Part shown: in pieces, positions 18,208 to 26,825 of the stretch
How the letters are laid out: every line of letters starts with the position of its first letter
Numbering within the stretch: the stretch's first letter is position 1
Assembly: GCA_036004585.1 (NCBI GenBank)
Contig: DASYRH010000030.1
Location: forward strand, 2,982-66,981
Reading direction: 5' to 3'
Length of the DNA: 64,000 bases
From: Nitrososphaera sp.
Lineage (GTDB): Archaea; Thermoproteota; Nitrososphaeria; Nitrososphaerales; Nitrososphaeraceae
Position numbers and translations under genes: made by a program
Notes under the pieces: generated by a model
Told to the model about the DNA's origin: nothing
The model's database searches: none
Seen by the model: the letters and a program-made list of their open reading frames with translations, nothing else

Positions 18208-18477
18208 GCGCAACTGTTCTCCAAGTTGTCCCAATGCTGCCAGGCTTTGCGGTTCCAGGACGTCCGTTGATTGTAGAAGCACCACGCTGTAAAGGACAGC
18301 CTGAACCTTGTCCTGACACTGCTTCACCTGCCTGAAATACGCGCCCGAAGTCATGTTTGGCAGCCGGCTTGCACCTTGAAGCCTGTTATAGATTATTGAA
18401 ATCTGTTTTGCCGTAAATAAAGAATTTGCAACAAGTTGTGAAAATAGTTGACTAGAATTGAATTGCTTTCCGTCCAT
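18106..18477 (-). CDS. hypothetical protein, weak HTH-like signature
   Basis: ATG 18477 (MDGKQFNS); FTAKQISIIY...TSGAYFRQVKQ resembles a degenerate HTH. Co-oriented with the membrane wHTH gene. Confidence 0.65.
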   Translation of the reverse strand: MDGKQFNSSQLFSQLVANSLFTAKQISIIYNRLQGASRLPNMTSGAYFRQVKQCQDKVQAVLYSVVLLQSTDVLEPQSLAALGQLGEQLRVIFAPETRDILRPDITESVMSVMSQVIKRVSRL

Positions 18478-18567
18478 ACGACTATACAGATTTGTATAGC
18501 GCTTGCTTGCTATTAAGATTGGCGTATCATCAAACTTTAAAATGACACGCCATAATGAACAAAAGGC

Positions 18568-19317
18568 GTGCGGGATCTGGGAAAGGTCGAACAATACCTC
18601 AATAAAGAGATAAAGAAATGGGGCACGATCTGTCTTCCACTTATCGACTCGGAAAATTCGGCAAATGTAGCATTGGTGGCCAAGAAAGTGGAGGGGTTGG
18701 GTGCATCAGCGATTCTGGTAGGTGGGTCGTCTGCCATCGATCAGATAGAGCTCGCCAAGGTTGTGACGGAGATAAAATCACATGTCACAGTCCCTGTGAT
18801 ATTATTCCCAGGCAATGTCACAGGCGTATCACCAAAGGCAGACGCAATTCTTTTTAGCTCGCTTTTGAATTCCGAGAACCCATACTTTATCACCGAAGCG
18901 CAAGCGCTTGGCGCCGTGGCCGTCAAAAAGTATGGAATCGAACCGCTGCCGACGGCCTACATTATTGTGGGAGAAGGAACAGCTGCCTGGTTTGTAGGAA
19001 GAGCAAGGGGCATACCTTTTCACAAACCAAACATCGCTGTGATGTATTCCCTGGCTGCACAGTACATGGGGATGAGATTTGTGTACCTGGAAGCAGGGTC
19101 GGGCGCTACTCAAAATGTTCCCGCAGAGATGGTAGCGGCCGTGAGAAAGCACTACGAGGGCACGCTAATCGTCGGGGGCGGGATACGGACTGCAGAAACT
19201 GCCGGCAACATAGCAACCGCAGGGGCCGACATCATAGTCATCGGAACAATGATCGAGAAGGACGGCAACTGGCAGGAAAACTTTTCTTCAGTAGTCAAAG
19301 CTATTCGGTCGCGATGA
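18568..19317 (+). CDS. geranylgeranylglyceryl phosphate synthase
   Basis: LIDSE, ILVGGS, ILFPG, YLEAGSGA and IVGGGIR motifs. Confidence 0.93.
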   Translation: MRDLGKVEQYLNKEIKKWGTICLPLIDSENSANVALVAKKVEGLGASAILVGGSSAIDQIELAKVVTEIKSHVTVPVILFPGNVTGVSPKADAILFSSLLNSENPYFITEAQALGAVAVKKYGIEPLPTAYIIVGEGTAAWFVGRARGIPFHKPNIAVMYSLAAQYMGMRFVYLEAGSGATQNVPAEMVAAVRKHYEGTLIVGGGIRTAETAGNIATAGADIIVIGTMIEKDGNWQENFSSVVKAIRSR

Positions 19318-19321
19318 ATCT

Positions 19322-22300
19322 ATGATGCTCGACGAAGCCGAGGTCCGACTCAAAGACATCCGGATGCCGGCTTATTACAAGAGTTATCATCATCAGATCC
19401 TAGCCAGCGTCTATCAATATTACCAGCACGCACTAAAAGCGCGCCGCCGCGGAATCGATGCAGCTGACATTGTCGAGCCAAAGATAGCGTATGACTTGGC
19501 AGACAGAGTTGCAAAGATGCACGAGATCGACATTGCTGAAAGATTGAGGGGATTGCTATCACAGACTACCAAGGAAAAGGCCGCCTTGAAAATAGCCGAA
19601 GAGATTGCCGCGGGCGATTACGGTTCGGGGGACCTCAGAACGCGCCTGGACAACGCTGTGAGAGTATCGCTTGCTGTTGTCACAGAGGGAGTGACTGTGG
19701 CTCCTCTACAGGGGATCTCTGACGTCACGATAAAAAACAACAGCGACGGGAGCCAGTACCTATCTGTTTCCTTTGCCGGCCCAATTCGGTCTGCAGGAGG
19801 AACAGAGGCGGCATTGACCATGTTGATAGCTGATCACGCGAGAAAAGTCGCCGGCCTTGCAAGCTACAAAGCAAATTCGTTTGACGACGAAACGGGAAGG
19901 TTTGTCGAAGAGTTGAGGATATACGAAAGAGAAGTGATGGGCTTTCAGTTCAAGGTACTTGACGAAGATGTTGTAAGGTGCATAGCCAGCCTCCCAGTCG
20001 AACTTGATGGCGTAGACACAGACCCGGTCGAAGTCGTTGGTCACAAGGGGATGAGAAGAATTGCGACTGACAGGGTCAGGGGAGGCGCTCTGAGAGTGAT
20101 GAATGACGGTTTGATCGGCCGCAGCCGCAAGTTGTTGAAACTGGTTGAGACGCTAAAGCTCGATGGGTGGGAGTGGCTCAAAGAACTCAAGGGCGCAATC
20201 CAAACAGGCGACGATGACGCCGCCCATCACAGGATGTCCGAAGTTATCACCGGGAGGCCAGTCCTTTCGATGGCCAAAAAGACAGGAGGTTTTAGGCTTC
20301 GATATGGACGGTGCTGCAATACCGGATTTGCAACAGTTGGAATTCATCCAGCAGTACCGGCTTTGCTCAACTACGCAATTGTCGCAGGCACACAAATCAA
20401 GATGGATATCCCCGGAAAGGCATCTACCATCGCACTAGTTGACACAATAGAGCCTCCTGTTGTCAGGTTAGACGACGGCAGGGTATTGTGCATCAAGACT
20501 GTGCAAGAGGCAGAAAAAATCCGGAAACACGTCAGCAAGATCCTGTACCTTGGCGACATGCTCATCAGCTATGGAGATTTCCTTGAGAATAATGCCCAGT
20601 TGCCTCCGGCAAGCTACGTCGAAGAGATATGGGCGCTCCAGCTGCGCTCGAAATTGGTTTTGGCCACTGACCTCACGAATAGAGACAGGCTGGCCGAGCT
20701 GACAGAAAATCCCATCACCGCTACTCCGACACTTGAAGAGGCATTTGAAATATCCAGAAACTTTGGTATTCCACTTCATCCCCGGTACTCGTTTTATTGG
20801 GATGCAATCACACTTTCTGATGCGTTTTATCTGAAGGAAAAATTTTCGACGGGACTTGCGTTGGACTCCCGACTCAAAGACATCCTAGAGAAACTTGGCG
20901 TAGAGCATTCCATTGCTGGATCAGAGATCAAAATTGAAGGCAGTGCTCACGCAATTTTGCATAGAATGCTGGTCGGGCCGGCTCCGTTGGAATGCAAGGA
21001 TCCTTTGGACCTAGTTGCAAAGATTTGCGGTGTTGCAATTGCGCCGAAATTCATGTCAACTATAGCCGTGCGGGTCGGCAGACCGGAAAAAGCAGCTGAG
21101 CGCAAGATGAAGCCGCCGGTGCACTCGCTCTTTCCCGTTGGGGCCAAAGGGGGCGCGACGCGCGACATTCTGAAGGCAAGCAAAGAGCCTTCATTTTATG
21201 CAGAAATCGCGAATAGGTATTGCGTCGCGTGCAAGATGCCATCTGTTGGAACACACTGTGGCATTTGCTCCTCTCCAACATTGCTGCGGAACCTGTGCGT
21301 CGTTTGCCGGGACGAGTTAGAGGAAGACCAGAAATGTCCGCGCTGCGGCAAGGACGGTCGGACGTGGTCTTCTGTCAACTATCCGCTCAAAATGGCCCTT
21401 GAAAGAGCAAAGAAAAAACTCGGCTACGGGCCTGTGGAGCCCTTCAAAGGCGTCAAATATCTCATGAGCAGGCATAGGTCAGCCGAACCACTTGAAAAAG
21501 GGATACTCAGGCAGAGGCATGGCCTGTACACTTTCAAGGATGGCACCATCAGGTTCGATGCCACAAATGAGCCGCTCACTCACTTCAAGCCATCATGGCT
21601 GGATATTTCAATAGCCAAGTTGAAGGAGCTGGGGTACGGCCGGGACTACCAGGGAAAAGAGCTCTTATCGTCGGATCAATTGGTCGAACTGATGATGCAG
21701 GACGTAATCATTCCAAGAGATTCTGCAAAACATCTTTTGAATGCAGCAAAATTTATCGACGAAGAACTCGAAAAGCTCTACGGGCTTGAGCCGTTCTATA
21801 ATGTAAATTCGATTGGCGACCTTGTCGGGCATCTGGTAGTCGGCCTTGCGCCCCACACATCAGTCGGCATCATGGGAAGGATAATCGGATTTACCGATTC
21901 ACAGGTGTGTCTTGCTTCGCCGGTTTGGCATTCGGCCAAGCGCAGGGACTGCGACGGCGACGCGGATTCCATAATGCTCCTGATGGACGCATTTCTCAAC
22001 TTTTCCTCCGATTTCCTCCCTGACAAAATTGGAGGGCTCATGGATGCGCCGCTGCTGATACAGCCAATCGTGCTTCCACACGAGGTCCAGCGGCAGGCTC
22101 ACAACGTAGACATTGCAAGCTCATACCCGCTTGAATTCTATGAAGCGACATGGAAGCAGGCAAAGGCCGGTGATGTAGCAGGATTGATAGAGACAATCAA
22201 GAATAGGATTGGCGAGCAGAACCAGTTCTTTGGCTACGGATTTACACACATGACCGACTCGCTTACTACGAAGGAGCAGCGGAGTGCCTATTCGACGCTC

Positions 22301-22708
22301 AATACAATGGAGGAGAAACTAAAGATGCAGTTCGACACTGCAAAATTGATAAACGCAGTAGACGCCGACGAGGTCGCTGCAATGGTACTCACTACCCACA
22401 TCCTTCCGGATATCATGGGGAACATGCGATCCTACTCGTCACAGACACTTCGCTGCACTTCATGCGGCGCCAAGTTCCGCAGGATGCCTCTCGTTGGCAA
22501 GTGTTCTGAATGCGGAAGCGAGTTGATACAAACCGTGACCCGAGGCGCAGTAGAAAAATATCTTGGAATCGCAACTGGAATGTGCGCAGAATACAGGATA
22601 AACGAATATCTCAAGAGCAGGGTGGACTCGCTATCGATGGAATTGAAGCTAATTTTCAAGGAAGAGAAAAAGACCCAGTCCAGCATGATGGAATTCATGG
22701 AAAAGTAA
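19322..22708 (+). CDS. polC: DNA polymerase D large subunit DP2
   Basis: FAGPIRSAGGT, GFRLRYGR, DGTIRFDATN, catalytic RRDCDGDADS and C-terminal Zn finger; no intein. Confidence 0.97.
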   Translation: MMLDEAEVRLKDIRMPAYYKSYHHQILASVYQYYQHALKARRRGIDAADIVEPKIAYDLADRVAKMHEIDIAERLRGLLSQTTKEKAALKIAEEIAAGDYGSGDLRTRLDNAVRVSLAVVTEGVTVAPLQGISDVTIKNNSDGSQYLSVSFAGPIRSAGGTEAALTMLIADHARKVAGLASYKANSFDDETGRFVEELRIYEREVMGFQFKVLDEDVVRCIASLPVELDGVDTDPVEVVGHKGMRRIATDRVRGGALRVMNDGLIGRSRKLLKLVETLKLDGWEWLKELKGAIQTGDDDAAHHRMSEVITGRPVLSMAKKTGGFRLRYGRCCNTGFATVGIHPAVPALLNYAIVAGTQIKMDIPGKASTIALVDTIEPPVVRLDDGRVLCIKTVQEAEKIRKHVSKILYLGDMLISYGDFLENNAQLPPASYVEEIWALQLRSKLVLATDLTNRDRLAELTENPITATPTLEEAFEISRNFGIPLHPRYSFYWDAITLSDAFYLKEKFSTGLALDSRLKDILEKLGVEHSIAGSEIKIEGSAHAILHRMLVGPAPLECKDPLDLVAKICGVAIAPKFMSTIAVRVGRPEKAAERKMKPPVHSLFPVGAKGGATRDILKASKEPSFYAEIANRYCVACKMPSVGTHCGICSSPTLLRNLCVVCRDELEEDQKCPRCGKDGRTWSSVNYPLKMALERAKKKLGYGPVEPFKGVKYLMSRHRSAEPLEKGILRQRHGLYTFKDGTIRFDATNEPLTHFKPSWLDISIAKLKELGYGRDYQGKELLSSDQLVELMMQDVIIPRDSAKHLLNAAKFIDEELEKLYGLEPFYNVNSIGDLVGHLVVGLAPHTSVGIMGRIIGFTDSQVCLASPVWHSAKRRDCDGDADSIMLLMDAFLNFSSDFLPDKIGGLMDAPLLIQPIVLPHEVQRQAHNVDIASSYPLEFYEATWKQAKAGDVAGLIETIKNRIGEQNQFFGYGFTHMTDSLTTKEQRSAYSTLNTMEEKLKMQFDTAKLINAVDADEVAAMVLTTHILPDIMGNMRSYSSQTLRCTSCGAKFRRMPLVGKCSECGSELIQTVTRGAVEKYLGIATGMCAEYRINEYLKSRVDSLSMELKLIFKEEKKTQSSMMEFMEK

Positions 22709-22768
22709 ATACTGGCTAATTGCTGTGTGGTCGTGTGACTTGAGCAATTGGTATCGACAGCAAAATTA

Positions 22769-24136
22769 CTACGCTTGGTTTGAAGCAGGAGAAACAGTAG
22801 TTGAGACCGGGCTTTCACCGTCTACAAAGGTTTTGTATATGCTGATGGCGTCTTCTTCGTCTTTTGCACCGACAATAGTCGCTGCTCCACTTGACAGGAA
22901 ACTTACAGACATTCTTCCAGTGTTTACGGCAGTGATTCCCAGATTGCCCCTTGTCTTGACTTGGTAGCCCAGCGACTCGGCGTTTTTGACAATTCCACCA
23001 AGGTTCACCGGAACAGGCTCTGATGGCGTAACGGTCCAGGTTCTCTTGCCTCTGTCTCTTCCACAAAGCTCTTCAATAATGAGCTTCGAAACTGAAAGGC
23101 TGACCTCCTTCCTTGTCGTACCGCATGAAGGGCATTCGTCCTGCTTGAACATCTGAACCCTATCAAATGAAAGCTCGTTGAGGTCGACGTAGAGGAGCTT
23201 GTTGGCAAGCGTAGGCTCTTTGCCCATGATCAGCTTTACTGCCTCTGACACCTGGATGCCGGCTACAAGGTACAGAATTGACGGGTGTACTCCTTCTGTG
23301 CTACACGCCGGCATTTCCTCTTCATTTAACTCGGGGAACATGCAGCGCAGGCACGCAGATTTGTTTGGCAAGATTGTAGACACCGAACCTGTTACTCCAA
23401 GGGCGCCGGCATAGATCAACGGAATATTGTGCTTTATGCACGCATCGTTTAGCGCATACCTCGCGTCAACGCTGTCAAGTGCGTCAATCACAATGTCAAA
23501 GCCCTTGACGATGCTCTCTGCGGTAAACTTTGTTACCGACGTAGGCACAGGCTCGACCTGGACTCCAGGGTTAATTCTGCGCAGCCGCTCTGCCGCCGCT
23601 TCGACCTTTACCTTGCCAATGTCGTCGTCCGTGTAAAGATGCTGCCTGTGCAGGTTGGTAACTTCAATGACATCTCTGTCAACTATGCGCAGGCTTCCTA
23701 TTCCCATTGCTACCAGCTGTGTAATCACGGGGTTGCCGATGCCTCCGGCGCCAACGACGCAGACCTTTGCGTTTCTGATCTTCTCCATGCCCTCAAAGCC
23801 TATTTCCTCAAGCATAAGCTGCCTAGAGTAGCGCTGGATTTCATCACTCGTCAGCTCTGCGCCGCCGGCGACTGCTGGTAGCACGTAAACAGAGTCGCCG
23901 TCCTTCAGCGGAGCTGACAAGCCGCCGCTAAAGCGCATGTTCTTGCCGTTAATGTAGATATTGATAAGCGAACGGGGCTTGCCGTTGTGATCAAAGACCC
24001 TGCGCTTAAAGTCGTCGCCTAACTGATCCGAAATTCTATTAAATGCATCCTGCAAATCGGCAGCTTCGAGTGGGATCTTTTTCTCTCCCTGACCTCTGTT
24101 CAACACTGACGGGATTACAAATTCTACCTTCGCCAA
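22769..24136 (-). CDS. ubiquitin-like (MoaD/ThiS/SAMP) + E1-like (ThiF/MoeB/UbaA) fusion
   Basis: Beta-grasp domain ending PAVAGG (aa 92), then RYSRQ, GAGGIG, CLRC, PACSTEG and CPSC. Confidence 0.9.
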   Translation of the reverse strand: MAKVEFVIPSVLNRGQGEKKIPLEAADLQDAFNRISDQLGDDFKRRVFDHNGKPRSLINIYINGKNMRFSGGLSAPLKDGDSVYVLPAVAGGAELTSDEIQRYSRQLMLEEIGFEGMEKIRNAKVCVVGAGGIGNPVITQLVAMGIGSLRIVDRDVIEVTNLHRQHLYTDDDIGKVKVEAAAERLRRINPGVQVEPVPTSVTKFTAESIVKGFDIVIDALDSVDARYALNDACIKHNIPLIYAGALGVTGSVSTILPNKSACLRCMFPELNEEEMPACSTEGVHPSILYLVAGIQVSEAVKLIMGKEPTLANKLLYVDLNELSFDRVQMFKQDECPSCGTTRKEVSLSVSKLIIEELCGRDRGKRTWTVTPSEPVPVNLGGIVKNAESLGYQVKTRGNLGITAVNTGRMSVSFLSSGAATIVGAKDEEDAISIYKTFVDGESPVSTTVSPASNQA

Positions 24137-24142
24137 ATCATG

Positions 24143-25360
24143 TCACCTTATCATCGCCGCGACCAGTGCGGCGTCCGGCTTGACAGCAGTAAGTTTTGGC
24201 AAGAGTCCTATAATCGCTTCTGTAGTTTTCAGCCCGTTGCCCGTCACATAGCAGACGGTACTCTCGTCCTTGTCTATCTTGCCCTCCTCAACTAATTTCC
24301 TGAGGACTGCGACCGCCACGCCGCCTGCAGGCTCTGTGAATATGCCTTCGGTCCGCGCGAGCAGCAATATGCTGTCGCAGATTTCGGCGTCATTTGCTTC
24401 CTCTGCTATTCCGTTGTACTGCTTTAGCCGCTTTAGAACGTACATGCCGTCTCCGGGATCTCCTATGGCAAGGCTCTTTGCGATTGTCTCTGGGTGCTCG
24501 ATTGGAATTATTTCGTCGCTGTTGCGTTTGAACGCATCCACAACAGGCGCACAGCCGTGCGGCTGGGCCGCGATTATCCTCATCTCTTTGGGGCTGTCAA
24601 TGAGACCAAGTGAATGAAGCTCTTCAAAGCCTTTGCAAATTGCGTTGAGCATCGCTCCGCTGCCAACAGGGATTATCAGGTTGTCCGGAATCTTCCAGTC
24701 GAGCTGCTCGGCCACTTCATACGCAAGGGTTTTGGAGCCTTCCACATAGTAGGGCCTCATGTTGATGTTGACTACTCCAATGCCTTTAGAGTCGCCTATT
24801 ATTGACGCCACCCTGTTTGCGTCGTCATACGTTCCTTCGACTGCGACAAACTGTGCACCGTACGAAAGCGCCTGGGCTATCTTTACGTGCTCTAGGTCAG
24901 ATGGCGCAAAAATGTAGCAGGGAAGCCCGGCCTTTGCCGCGTGAGCGGCAGTAGCAGAAGCCAGGTTGCCAGTTGATGCGCAGCCCACCGCCTTTAGACC
25001 TGTCTCCTTGGCCCTTGAAACCGCAACGCCGGCCGGCCTGTCCTTGAATGAAAAAGTTGGATTAACCGAATCGTTCTTGACATACAGGGATTTCAAACCC
25101 AGACTTGTACCCAGCTTGTCTGCAAGCTGGAGCGGAGTCAGACCTGCATTAAGACTAACGATATTCTTCTTGTCGGCTATGGGCAAGAGCTCAAAATAGC
25201 GCCAATAGGTTTTCTCTCTCAGCTCAAAAGTCTTTCTGTCCACCTTGACGTCCTTGTAGAGGACGTCGAGGGGACCGAAACATTCTTCACACACATAACG
25301 AAATTGCGGATCGTATTCCTTTCCGCATTCCCTGCACTTTAGTGACCTGATATTTCCCAT
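24143..25360 (-). CDS. thrC: threonine synthase-like PLP enzyme
   Basis: N-terminal CRECG...CEEC ribbon, PLP lysine in NPTFSFKDR, ASTGN, PVGSG, EPAGG and TGNGLK. Confidence 0.9.
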   Translation of the reverse strand: MGNIRSLKCRECGKEYDPQFRYVCEECFGPLDVLYKDVKVDRKTFELREKTYWRYFELLPIADKKNIVSLNAGLTPLQLADKLGTSLGLKSLYVKNDSVNPTFSFKDRPAGVAVSRAKETGLKAVGCASTGNLASATAAHAAKAGLPCYIFAPSDLEHVKIAQALSYGAQFVAVEGTYDDANRVASIIGDSKGIGVVNINMRPYYVEGSKTLAYEVAEQLDWKIPDNLIIPVGSGAMLNAICKGFEELHSLGLIDSPKEMRIIAAQPHGCAPVVDAFKRNSDEIIPIEHPETIAKSLAIGDPGDGMYVLKRLKQYNGIAEEANDAEICDSILLLARTEGIFTEPAGGVAVAVLRKLVEEGKIDKDESTVCYVTGNGLKTTEAIIGLLPKLTAVKPDAALVAAMIR

Positions 25361-25385
25361 GACTTTCTATCCTCGATCAAAATGG

Positions 25386-25412
25386 ATGTGATTAAAACTT
25401 CGCTAATCACAT
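25386..25412. promoter_or_regulatory. candidate operator palindrome upstream of thrC
   Basis: ATGTGATTA-N9-TAATCACAT perfect 9-bp arms, 26-52 bp upstream of the thrC ATG. Confidence 0.45.
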
Positions 25413-25524
25413 TTTAGTATTACTAAATTTTTTAGCGGATATATGTTGTGCCACTTAACTTCCGATGCTTCACATTTATTGGAAAATTAGCAAATTAGCA
25501 GAGAATTTACCTAAACCTAGCCAC

Positions 25525-25866
25525 CTATTTCAAAATATTATGGAAACAAGACCTGTTCCCAGTGTGGCAGGCAGGCTTGTCTGAATCAACCATGTATAGA
25601 ATAGCATCTGAGTCACAGTCTATCAATATCTCGTACACAGGTTGGACGTTGCCTGATTCCTCGCCCTTCATCCAGAGCTTGTTTCGAGAAGTGCTCCAGA
25701 ACCAGGCCTTTCCTGTCTTGACGGTGTTCCCCAAGGCCTCTTTGTTGGCATAGGCCATCATGAGAATATCCTTGGTCTTTCTATCCTGCACTATCACAGG
25801 CAAGAGCCCGTTTCTCTTCTCAAAGTCAATGTCCTTGAGACTCTTTGCGTTCATGTGGGTATGCAC
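25525..25866 (-). CDS. hisI: phosphoribosyl-AMP cyclohydrolase
   Basis: WSTSRNKLWMKGEESGN, IDCDSDA and ACHTGNRSCF motifs. Confidence 0.95.
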   Translation of the reverse strand: MHTHMNAKSLKDIDFEKRNGLLPVIVQDRKTKDILMMAYANKEALGNTVKTGKAWFWSTSRNKLWMKGEESGNVQPVYEILIDCDSDAILYMVDSDKPACHTGNRSCFHNILK

Positions 25867-25981
25867 ATATTTGCAGCGAGGGCTGAAATAAATCTATAGA
25901 GTCAGTTCAAGTGTTTTAAACAGGATAAGCAAGAAAAAGCTACACACTAGCACTTTTCGGCATTTGCGGCAAGGTACCCAA

Positions 25982-26599
25982 ATGCGTACACCCAACAAGG
26001 TTCAACTAGCGTCAATCTCAGCGGCATTTATCCTTGCGGGCTATATCGCAGCTACGGCGGGAATGCAGTCCAGTTCTCCACAATCGCTGGACCTCCCTCC
26101 GGTATTGGTTGCAGATGCAGCGGCAGTGGACTATTTTCTAAAGATTGAAGGAATCGACGGAGAGTCAACGAGCGATACTCACAAAGACCAACTTGAAATA
26201 GATTCGTTCTCCTGGGGCATGTCAAATTCTGGTTCAATGGCTGCAGGAGGTGGTGGTGGAGCCGGAAAGGTGAGCTTTTCATCTTTAAAGTTGACGACCG
26301 CGATCAGCAAGGCATCGCCAAAGCTGTTTGAGGCGTGCGCCACAGGAAAGCACTTTCCAACAGCTACACTGACTCTTGTGAATTCAGAACAACGTGACCT
26401 AGAATTCATGAAGGTAACGCTGAGCGATGTGATCATCAGCTCGTACCAGACAACCGGCACGTCAGGAGAATCTCCCGCCGAGAGTTTCAGACTGAATTTC
26501 GCGAAAATTGAATACGAGTACACACCGCAAAAAGCTGACGGAAGCATGGACGCACCTGTCAAGGCAGGGTACGACCTGGCGTTAAACAAGAAGGTCTAA
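25982..26599 (+). CDS. hcp: Hcp1-family (T6SS tube-like) protein with N-terminal signal/anchor
   Basis: YFLKIEGIDGES, HKDQLEIDSFSWG, SKASPKLFEACATGKH, VTLSDVIISSY, ESFRLNFAKIEYEY and GYDLALNK, preceded by a hydrophobic helix and polar linker. Confidence 0.88.
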   Translation: MRTPNKVQLASISAAFILAGYIAATAGMQSSSPQSLDLPPVLVADAAAVDYFLKIEGIDGESTSDTHKDQLEIDSFSWGMSNSGSMAAGGGGGAGKVSFSSLKLTTAISKASPKLFEACATGKHFPTATLTLVNSEQRDLEFMKVTLSDVIISSYQTTGTSGESPAESFRLNFAKIEYEYTPQKADGSMDAPVKAGYDLALNKKV

Positions 26600-26702
26600 T
26601 CGACCTCCGTCATTTTATTTTCCAACAAACTCGTCCTCTTTGTTTTTGTCAATCCCAACTTCTTCAACAGACATATATTCCCCCTTTGCAACACATGATG
26701 TC

Positions 26703-26825
26703 AGCGGGGTGGGGAAGCCAGATCCTGACCCTAACGGAGGAGGCTAGGTTATCCCGGCGGGCTCATAACCCGCAGAGCGGTGGTTCAACAGAATTTAGAA
26801 AATTCGGAAAGTCCACCCCCCGCTA
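26703..26825 (+). tRNA. initiator tRNA-Met(CAT) with two non-canonical introns (26722-26747 in D-loop; 26790-26811 in T-loop)
   Basis: A1:U72 acceptor AGCGGGG/CCCCGCT, anticodon arm GCGGG-CTCATAA-CCCGC. Removing the 26-nt and 22-nt BHB-bounded inserts gives a 75-nt cloverleaf. Confidence 0.9.

Noticed and set aside
16501-18210. Repeat clusters near the origin as a CRISPR array
   Set aside because: The motifs are 5-21 bp, irregularly spaced and on both strands. There is no constant repeat-spacer period and no cas genes.
25964-26599. A complete type VI secretion system
   Set aside because: Only hcp is present; no sheath, VgrG, PAAR, baseplate or membrane-complex genes are in the window.
26703-26825. 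CAT-anticodon tRNA as tRNA-Ile2, the TiaS substrate
   Set aside because: The A1:U72 pair and the three consecutive G-C pairs in the anticodon stem identify the initiator tRNA-Met.
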